DNA of 64,000 nt, taken from NCBI GenBank assembly GCA_016779935.1, contig JADHMQ010000002.1:103649-167648 (forward strand). The letters are read 5' to 3'. The stretch is from Flavobacteriales bacterium (GTDB lineage: Bacteria > Bacteroidota > Bacteroidia > Flavobacteriales > UBA7312). The position numbers and the translations under genes were made by a program. Within the stretch, counting starts at the first letter, position 1; each line of letters opens with the position of its first letter. Under the pieces are notes generated by a model. The model had not been told where the DNA came from, made no database searches, and saw only the letters and a list, made by a program, of their open reading frames with translations. Shown one piece after another: positions 57,671 through 64,000 of this stretch.

Positions 57671-58414
57671 ATGATACATGGTCTTAAAATGTTTGGTAAG
57701 TACCTTTCCTTATTGGGGAATGTGTTTAGTAGACCTGAAAATAGAAAGGTATATTTAAGTAGGATTTTAGATGAAATGGTAAAGTTGGGGGTAAATTCTC
57801 TTACCATTGTAGCTATCATTTCCTTGTTTATGGGTGCTGTTGTTACCATTCAAACAGGTTTACAATTAAGCAATCCTTTCATTCCAAAATATTTAATTGG
57901 ATTTGCCACACGAGAGTCTTTGGTTCTTGAATTTTCACCTACCATGATAGCCTTAATTTTAGCTGGTAAAGTAGGCTCAAGTATTGCTTCTGAAATAGGT
58001 ACGATGAGGGTTTCTGAGCAAATAGATGCTCTAGAGATTATGGGAATCAATTCTTCTGCTTTCATCATACAACCCAAAATCATTGCTTCAGTTTTATTTT
58101 TCCCCATTTTAGTAATTATCAGTATGGCAATTGGAATGTTTGGCGGCTTTTTAGCTGCAACATTAGGTGGAATTATTAGTAAAGCAGAATTTTTACAGGG
58201 TTTACTCTATTGGTTTCAGCCATTCTACATTTTTTATGCATTAGTGAAAACCGTATTTTTTGCCTTTGCAATATCATCCATATCCTCTTTCTTTGGATAT
58301 TATACCGACGGCGGAGCTATTGCTGTTGGTAAGTCAAGCACAAAAGCAGTAGTATTCAGTTGTATTGTGATTTTGATTATCAATTTTGTAATCACTCAAC
58401 TTATGCTAGCATGA
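57671..58414 (+). CDS. mlaE: MlaE-family ABC transporter permease
   Basis: About 247 aa. MlaE/Ttg2B-like blocks (REL-type region ATRESLVLEFSPTMIALILAGKVGSSIASEIGTMRVSEQIDALE). The track start at 57662 is TTG; the ATG at 57671 is used here. Confidence 0.8.
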   Translation: MIHGLKMFGKYLSLLGNVFSRPENRKVYLSRILDEMVKLGVNSLTIVAIISLFMGAVVTIQTGLQLSNPFIPKYLIGFATRESLVLEFSPTMIALILAGKVGSSIASEIGTMRVSEQIDALEIMGINSSAFIIQPKIIASVLFFPILVIISMAIGMFGGFLAATLGGIISKAEFLQGLLYWFQPFYIFYALVKTVFFAFAISSISSFFGYYTDGGAIAVGKSSTKAVVFSCIVILIINFVITQLMLA

Positions 58415-59157
58415 TAAAAGTTGAAAAAATAAACAAGTCCTTTGGCGACAAACACGTTTTACAAGACGTTTCTTTTTCATTTGAAGCGGGTAAAACTAAT
58501 TTGGTTATTGGTGCTAGCGGCTCTGGAAAAACTACATTGATTAAGTGTATGGTAGGGCTACATACCCCTGATTCTGGTAATATTATTTTTGACGGTGCTT
58601 CATTTGAAGAGTTAGATAAAAAAGACAAGAGAGAGCTTAGACAACAAATTGGCATGCTGTTTCAAGGCGGAGCTTTATTTGATTATCTAACTGTTGAGCA
58701 AAATATTGCATTTCCTCTAAATATGTTTACTGGCATGAGCGAGGAGGAGAAGAGAGATAGAGTAAATTTTTGTTTAAACAGAGTAAACCTTAATAATGTA
58801 AACAATCTTTTTCCAGCAGAGTTAAGTGGGGGAATGATTAAACGTGTGGCTATTGCTCGGGCAATTTCTATGAATCCTAAGTATTTATTTTGCGATGAGC
58901 CTAATTCAGGATTAGACCCTCAAACATCTATCATAATTGATAATCTTATTCATGAAATCACACAAGAATATAATATTACTACTGTGGTAAATACTCACGA
59001 TATGAATTCAGTTGTTGAAATAGGCGATAATATTGCCTTTATCAATAAGGGGAAATTAGCTTGGCATGGCGATAAAGACTCAATCATTACTTCAGATAGT
59101 CCTGAGTTGAATGATTTTGTTTTTGCTTCTCAACTTTTCAAAAAATTAAAGCAATAA
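58411..59157 (+). CDS. mlaF: MlaF-like ABC transporter ATP-binding protein
   Basis: Walker A GASGSGKTT, signature LSGGMIKR, Walker B LFCDEP. The ATG overlaps the mlaE stop (ATGA). Confidence 0.85.
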   Translation: MIKVEKINKSFGDKHVLQDVSFSFEAGKTNLVIGASGSGKTTLIKCMVGLHTPDSGNIIFDGASFEELDKKDKRELRQQIGMLFQGGALFDYLTVEQNIAFPLNMFTGMSEEEKRDRVNFCLNRVNLNNVNNLFPAELSGGMIKRVAIARAISMNPKYLFCDEPNSGLDPQTSIIIDNLIHEITQEYNITTVVNTHDMNSVVEIGDNIAFINKGKLAWHGDKDSIITSDSPELNDFVFASQLFKKLKQ

Positions 59158-59160
59158 AAA

Positions 59161-59184
59161 AAGAGAGACTGTAAAGCCTCTCTT
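59161..59184. terminator. bidirectional terminator-like hairpin between mlaF and the first T9SS cargo gene
   Basis: AAGAGAG-ACTGTAAAGC-CTCTCTT, preceded by an A-run and followed by a T-rich stretch. Confidence 0.5.
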
Positions 59185-59207
59185 CTTAAATATTACATCT
59201 TTTAGTA

Positions 59208-61061
59208 TTATTTGATAATAATTTTTCCTGTATTTGAGATGGAATTGTTTTCCAATAAGTCAACGATATATACGCCTTTTTTCAAGTGTTGAAGATTTAA
59301 ATCTATACTTCCAGAAGAATTAGAATTTATATAATCTTGATGCACTATTTGCCCAAGAACATTTTTGATAACTACATCTAGATTATTTGCCGGTTGATTC
59401 TTTAAAGAAATATTAAACATACCATTATTAGGATTCGGATATATTGAAAACTCAAACTTATCTTCTTCCTCTATTCCAATAGGCCCTGCTACATTTGGAT
59501 CTAAATTCATTCTAACCATTGGTATTGATAGATAAATACCATCACTTGGAGGTGTACTACCAGTTCCCGAATATCCATTATAAATTCTCCAGCCATAACT
59601 TCCGTTTATTGAGCTTGAAGCACCAATTCGAGTAGTGTCTGAGAGCGTACCATCACCTCCAACTGTTACTAGGTATTCATTTCCAGCATCAAGAGAAACT
59701 GGATTGGCAAACTTTACACTTTGCCAACTATCTAACGAGGGGATGCTTAGTCTATTTGATTCTGCAATAAAGTTAGCTGTTCCATTATCTACTAAGTAAA
59801 CTTTGGCTTGAATTTTACCATTAGGGTCGCTATTCTGTGAAATAAAAACATCAACCGCATAGAGTGTTGTGTTTTCTTTGATACTAAAAGTATTTCCATG
59901 TTCGATAGTGGGTTGACCACCAGTAGCAGAGACAAGACTGAAAATTATACTTTCTTCATCAATATCTCTAGCGAAAATATAATCTGTAATTTTAAAATCT
60001 AAGGTTTGAGCATCTGTTGTCGTACTATCAGATTCTGAGGTAAAACTAATTTGATAATCACCTATAGATGTTGCATTAAAGTAGTTGTTTCCAAAAAATG
60101 TATCTCTTTCTAGAGAAGAAAGGTTTTTTGCCCAACTTTGCGTTTCGAATTGTTCTGATAAAATCTCAACTTTAAGTCTAGTTGAATCTTGTTGGTTATT
60201 ACCTATATTTCTAATAATCTGTCTAAAGTAAAAACCATTACCTTGTTGTGACAAAGGTATTTGTGAGTATGTTGAAGCGTAAGTGTTACCTTCAATATAT
60301 TGATTTATTGTCTGTAATGATAATTCATTATCTTTTAATTCACCAACAACAATATTGTCTATGGCAAATCCAGTCGCCCATTTGTTATCATCTGACCAAA
60401 CAAAACGAATCGATACAGAATCGGTATTATTTAAAGCAGATAGACTAAAAATACCTTCTTGCCATGCGTCTCCATCCGGCAAGTTTCCAGAGATGTTTGT
60501 CCAACTTCCTGAACCTATTTTATACTCAACGTAAGCATCTCCACCACCATAATTTTTATCGTGATAATAATCAAATATTAGAAAGACATCATTCTGATTC
60601 GTGAAGTCTAAAAGAGGCAATTCCAATACTTCGAAACTCAAATCACAATTATTGTTTGCATTAGGCGTAGTGCCATTTGGTTTACAAGCATCATCATTTG
60701 TCATTGCAAATTGCGTATGTCCAGTAACTGGCCAATAGCCACCAACGTTTGCATCATCACTGTCACCGGTATAAAATCCGCTGACTTGTTGATTTGTTGA
60801 ATTAACATTTACGTTATAGCCTGTTTCCAGTGATGATGTCGTAATATTCGACGGCAAGGCAGGTGAGCTAACAGATTCAAAGTCTTCGCAATACAGGTAA
60901 GTTGTATCTGAACAATCAATTTCTGATTGACTTATTGATTTAGCAATTTTAATAATATGTTTGTTTAAATCATTTTTGGTTTCTTGATTAAACCGAAGTT
61001 GATTTTGAGCAACTAATAAGTAGCTAGAAAAGACAAATAATAATAGTAGTGTTTTTTTCAT
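59208..61061 (-). CDS. secreted protein with T9SS C-terminal sorting domain (paralogue 1)
   Basis: Signal peptide MKKTLLLLFVFSSYLLVAQ. The C-terminal about 80 aa (FSIYPNPNNGMFNISL...GVYIVDLLENN...GKIIIK) is a type-A T9SS CTD. Start moved from 61100, which lies in the loop of the upstream terminator, to 61061. Confidence 0.8.
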   Translation of the reverse strand: MKKTLLLLFVFSSYLLVAQNQLRFNQETKNDLNKHIIKIAKSISQSEIDCSDTTYLYCEDFESVSSPALPSNITTSSLETGYNVNVNSTNQQVSGFYTGDSDDANVGGYWPVTGHTQFAMTNDDACKPNGTTPNANNNCDLSFEVLELPLLDFTNQNDVFLIFDYYHDKNYGGGDAYVEYKIGSGSWTNISGNLPDGDAWQEGIFSLSALNNTDSVSIRFVWSDDNKWATGFAIDNIVVGELKDNELSLQTINQYIEGNTYASTYSQIPLSQQGNGFYFRQIIRNIGNNQQDSTRLKVEILSEQFETQSWAKNLSSLERDTFFGNNYFNATSIGDYQISFTSESDSTTTDAQTLDFKITDYIFARDIDEESIIFSLVSATGGQPTIEHGNTFSIKENTTLYAVDVFISQNSDPNGKIQAKVYLVDNGTANFIAESNRLSIPSLDSWQSVKFANPVSLDAGNEYLVTVGGDGTLSDTTRIGASSSINGSYGWRIYNGYSGTGSTPPSDGIYLSIPMVRMNLDPNVAGPIGIEEEDKFEFSIYPNPNNGMFNISLKNQPANNLDVVIKNVLGQIVHQDYINSNSSGSIDLNLQHLKKGVYIVDLLENNSISNTGKIIIK

Positions 61062-61071
61062 GAGATTTAAG

Positions 61072-61111
61072 ATTAAAAAAAAAGACCTGACTATTTTCAT
61101 CAGTCAGGTCT
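61072..61111 (-). terminator. rho-independent terminator after T9SS paralogue 2
   Basis: AGACCTGACT-9 nt loop-AGTCAGGTCT, a perfect 10-bp stem, followed on the minus strand by about 11 T. Confidence 0.85.
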
Positions 61112-61128
61112 TTTAGAATTAAAATGAT

Positions 61129-63027
61129 TTATTTGATGACGATTTTATGGCTGTTACTTTTTCCATTTTTACCCTCGAGGTTTACAAAATAGAGTCCCTT
61201 TTCGTAGTTACTTAAGTTAATTTCTTTATTAAGTGAACTCACTTCTGAAAGTTGCTCTTTGTAAATAGACTGCCCAAGGATATTGGTAATGTTTAAGTTG
61301 ATATCAGTAGATTGTTCTGTTTGTATACTGATATTGAAAATTCCAGAGTTAGGATTTGGAAATACATTAATGTTTGCAAATCTATCTTTTTCATTGATAC
61401 CAACACCGCCTATTCCGGTTGCATTAGCGTCAAAATTTAAACGAATACAAGGTGCAGTTGTGGTGTATAACCACGTTCCTGGGTCGATTCCTTCTTGTAC
61501 ACCATCAATATCTTGAATAAGAGATTCACTATTAACGTAGTTTACACCAGAAGTGCTAATCCATAAAGTGTCATTATTTGCTGAAGCTGCTTCAGAATAA
61601 ATGGCAGGAAGGATTACTTGCCCTGCACTTAACTCAATAGGTGGATTCATCATAATATTAACCCAACTTCCTGTTTGATTCCCAAGATCAAAAACTTCTG
61701 TCTCAGAAAGATAATTTATAGATCCAGAGCTAACATCAATAGTATTAATTAGAACTTTAGCTTTTGCATTGGCACCAGTTCTACTGTCTAGTTGAATTCT
61801 TATAGCGTATAAAGTAGCGTTTGCATAGATATCAAATACATTACCAAATTGATGTGTCCCTTCATCATTTAATGGATAGCTTCCTAAACCTGTCGCATTA
61901 TCGGCATTGTCTCTAGCGTAAATGTTCTCAGAAATAGTAAAGCTTCTCTTCAAAGTGTCTGTGCTAGTATTGTTAGCATCGTCTTTAGCAAAAATATTTG
62001 AGGTATAATCTCCAGTTGCGGGAGGAGTAAAACCATTAGCAGTAACTAGTGTATCTCGACCACTTGAAAGAATGTTAGCACCATAACTTTGACCATTATA
62101 TGAACTATTACCCTCTACAGTTGCAATAATTCTCGCACTATCAAGAGTGTTGTAACCTGTATTGTCAATATACCCTAGGAAGAAAACACCAGTAGCATCA
62201 GATTGTACTTTAGGCATAATTCTATAGCCTGTTCCTCCTAAATAATTACTAGGGGTTCTATGGAATGCATTAACTAATGCTGCTGAAAAGGGTTTGGTTT
62301 TAATGATTTTAACATCATCTATTTGCCAGAAATAGTGAGAAGCTGTTTGGGCACCATCTGCCCAGTCAAAGCGAATTCGTACACTATCTTTAAGTGCAGC
62401 AATGTCTGTAATAATTATTTCTTTTTTAACTGTTCCAGATAGAACGTTTACACTTTCTTCGTTGATGGTAAAACTGGTAGAACTCCATCCATCAGCTGTA
62501 CCTATATATACTTTTAGTTTATGGTTTGAATTACAGCAGTATCTGTACGCATGCTCGAAGGATAAAGTAACATTAGAATCGTTAGACAAATCGATGTAAG
62601 GAGATATTAGTTGACCCTGCCTTTCTTGATGACCTGATGAAGGACCAGGGTTAGATTTATCAGCATCAAAAATCATCCAGCCATTTTCTTTTGTTTCGGA
62701 ATCAATGGTGAAAGGTTCAGAAGCTGCATAGGTTCCGTTTGACCCATCCGTATCGTGTTCCCAAACAGATCCATCGGGCCCAGCTACCGTCCAAGCCTGA
62801 TTAGTAGAGGTGTTATTACCAGTTAAACCATTAGCAAAATCATCTGACCAAATAATATCATCGGCAGCATTTGATGAATAGGAAATACTACTCTCATCTA
62901 CATTTATCGATGATTTTTTTTGATGTATTTGATTAGGTTCTGGTTGAAATTTCGCAGGAGCGTAATTGAATTGGGAAAATACTTGGTAGGATAAAAATAT
63001 ACCCAACAATGTAAGAGCGTGTCTCAT
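61129..63027 (-). CDS. secreted protein with T9SS C-terminal sorting domain (paralogue 2)
   Basis: Signal peptide MRHALTLLGIFLSYQVFSQ. An N-terminal W/D-rich domain (DFANGL...WTV...WEHD) resembles MAM/choice-of-anchor-J-type domains. C-terminal CTD NVFPNPNSGIFNISI...GLYFVNLEG...HKIVIK. Start moved from TTG at 63066 to the ATG at 63027. Confidence 0.8.
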   Translation of the reverse strand: MRHALTLLGIFLSYQVFSQFNYAPAKFQPEPNQIHQKKSSINVDESSISYSSNAADDIIWSDDFANGLTGNNTSTNQAWTVAGPDGSVWEHDTDGSNGTYAASEPFTIDSETKENGWMIFDADKSNPGPSSGHQERQGQLISPYIDLSNDSNVTLSFEHAYRYCCNSNHKLKVYIGTADGWSSTSFTINEESVNVLSGTVKKEIIITDIAALKDSVRIRFDWADGAQTASHYFWQIDDVKIIKTKPFSAALVNAFHRTPSNYLGGTGYRIMPKVQSDATGVFFLGYIDNTGYNTLDSARIIATVEGNSSYNGQSYGANILSSGRDTLVTANGFTPPATGDYTSNIFAKDDANNTSTDTLKRSFTISENIYARDNADNATGLGSYPLNDEGTHQFGNVFDIYANATLYAIRIQLDSRTGANAKAKVLINTIDVSSGSINYLSETEVFDLGNQTGSWVNIMMNPPIELSAGQVILPAIYSEAASANNDTLWISTSGVNYVNSESLIQDIDGVQEGIDPGTWLYTTTAPCIRLNFDANATGIGGVGINEKDRFANINVFPNPNSGIFNISIQTEQSTDINLNITNILGQSIYKEQLSEVSSLNKEINLSNYEKGLYFVNLEGKNGKSNSHKIVIK

Positions 63028-63077
63028 GGTTTTAAGTTTTAAGAATTGATATGCGAAGTTAAACAAAAATTTTGAGC

Positions 63078-63111
63078 AAAAAAAACAGACTTATTAAAGC
63101 CTGTTTTTTTT
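63078..63111. terminator. terminator-like hairpin flanked by A8/T9 tracts after T9SS paralogue 3
   Basis: AAAAAAAA-CAGACTT-ATTA-AAGCCTG-TTTTTTTTT (7-bp stem with one mismatch). Confidence 0.6.
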
Positions 63112-63127
63112 TAGAAACTGTAAAAAT

Positions 63128-64000
63128 TTACTGAATTGTAATCTTTTTAGTTGATGAAGAGTTTAAGTCATCCGTTATTGAAATAAAATAAACGCCTTTT
63201 TTGAGGTGACTTAAATCAAGTGACTTATTAATCATGCCTGCATTGTTTATTTGTTCACTATACACAGATTGCCCTAATATACTTTTTACTTCAAGTACAA
63301 TATAACCAGTATCATGCAAGTCTAATTGCACTTTAAATACACCCTTATTTGGATTCGGATAAATTGCAAATTTCAGATTATTTCCTTGCTCATTTACATC
63401 TGTGTTTATACCAATCACACTTGGGTCAAAATTTAGCCTTAAGCATGGGGCAAAGGTAGTGTATAGCCATGTACCAGGGTCAATACCTTCTTGAATACCA
63501 TCAATATCCTGTACAAGGCTTTCACCATTATTAGGGTTGCTTCCAGAGGTACTCATGTACACAGTATCTGTACTATTGTATTCGGCATATAAAGTTGGAA
63601 GAACCACCTGGCCAGCATCTAAAAGTACTGGAGGATCTAAAACTACATCAAACCACTCTTCGGTTTGAGAACCTAAGTCTAATACTTCAGTTTCAGTTAG
63701 GTAACTCACTTCTCCAGAATTTGGGTCAACGGTATTAATAACGATTTTTCCTGTAGCTGTAGAAGTAGTTCGTTCACTCAATCTTAACGTTATGGCATAT
63801 ACTGTTGCTGTATTATAGATATCAAAAACATTTCCAAATTGTCTATTTCCATCTCCATTTAGTGCATATCTTCCAAAATTCACCACATTATTACCGTTAT
63901 CTCTGGCGTAAACATATTCTGTAACTTGAAATCTTTGTGTTAGAGTGTCTGTTGTAATATAGTAATTGTCGTCTTTTCCTGTAATTGAACCAAAATAAAC
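63128..64000 (-). CDS. secreted protein with T9SS C-terminal sorting domain (paralogue 3, 5' end beyond the window)
   Basis: The reading frame stays open to the window edge. Residues upstream of the track Met (TDTLTQRFQVTEYVYARDNGNNVVNFGRY) still align with paralogue 2 (TDTLKRSFTISENIYARDNADNATGLGSY). CTD FAIYPNPNKGVFKVQL...GVYFISITDD...KKITIQ. Confidence 0.8.
   Translation of the reverse strand, partial: VYFGSITGKDDNYYITTDTLTQRFQVTEYVYARDNGNNVVNFGRYALNGDGNRQFGNVFDIYNTATVYAITLRLSERTTSTATGKIVINTVDPNSGEVSYLTETEVLDLGSQTEEWFDVVLDPPVLLDAGQVVLPTLYAEYNSTDTVYMSTSGSNPNNGESLVQDIDGIQEGIDPGTWLYTTFAPCLRLNFDPSVIGINTDVNEQGNNLKFAIYPNPNKGVFKVQLDLHDTGYIVLEVKSILGQSVYSEQINNAGMINKSLDLSHLKKGVYFISITDDLNSSSTKKITIQ

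Noticed and set aside
61062-61100. N-terminal extensions implied by ORF-track starts (for example MKIVRSFFLILNL at 61100; TTG/GTG starts at 63066, 27340, 39527, 16939, 20161, 15880, 3073 and 43618).
   Set aside because: The extensions run through terminator hairpins, promoter -7 boxes or the MraZ operator. Downstream ATGs give canonical N-termini (signal peptides, Rossmann or P-loop starts).
1-64000. Window-wide scan for CRISPR arrays, tRNA/rRNA genes, transposases, integrases, phage genes, toxin-antitoxin pairs, restriction-modification genes and other defence genes, long inverted or direct repeats, and compositional islands.
   Set aside because: None was found. All intergenic gaps are under 250 bp and are explained by promoters, terminators or micro-ORFs. 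No spacer-repeat periodicity, no cloverleaf-like sequence and no recombinase motifs were seen. The window looks like conserved core chromosome rather than an accessory island.

Overview
This is an AT-rich, very gene-dense chromosomal segment. There are almost no intergenic gaps over 150 bp, and many convergent or co-directional genes overlap by 1-12 nt. I assign it to a Flavobacteriia-class member of Bacteroidota on five grounds: gliding-motility genes in their classic syntenies (nadE / gldB-gldC, and mutY-ssb-gldE-gldD); proteins with type IX secretion (T9SS) C-terminal sorting domains; several exact TAnnTTTG Bacteroidetes -7 promoter boxes; no obvious Shine-Dalgarno sequences; and a Bacteroidetes-type dcw cluster (mraZ-rsmH-ftsL-ftsI-murE-mraY-murD-ftsW-murG-murC-ftsQ-ftsA-ftsZ, without murF or ddl). 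Most of the window is ordinary core genome: pyrC, tyrS, trmB, mrp/nifU/korAB, nadE, engB, the dcw cluster, ssb, mutY, hup, rng, recX, prfB, fumC, feoAB and mlaEF. I found no tRNA or rRNA genes, CRISPR arrays, transposases, integrases, phage genes or recognisable defence genes. Four regions are not explained by textbook families. (1) At 7.7-14.5 kb, an operon of two orphan lipoproteins and a TonB-dependent receptor sits divergent from an OmpR/PhoB-type two-component system and next to a divergent PiT-like transporter; a perfect terminator-like hairpin lies 10 nt upstream of the receptor start codon. (2) At 59.2-64.0 kb, a tandem array of at least three diverged T9SS cargo paralogues runs off the window edge. 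(3) Three small ORFs are absent from the ORF track: a 29-aa hyper-basic bS22-like peptide between hup and rng, a 46-aa Cys-rich lipoprotein upstream of feoAB, and a 27-aa hydrophobic peptide upstream of the PiT-like gene. (4) A tightly coupled gene string links a PiT-like protein, a LuxE-like adenylating enzyme, a GNAT and an NTF2-like protein. I see no clear-cut novel multi-gene system; the TonB/lipoprotein/two-component locus is my best candidate, and its function is inference only. All family calls come from motifs read by eye, with no database search. Several ORF-track starts (TTG/GTG artefacts) were moved to downstream ATGs.
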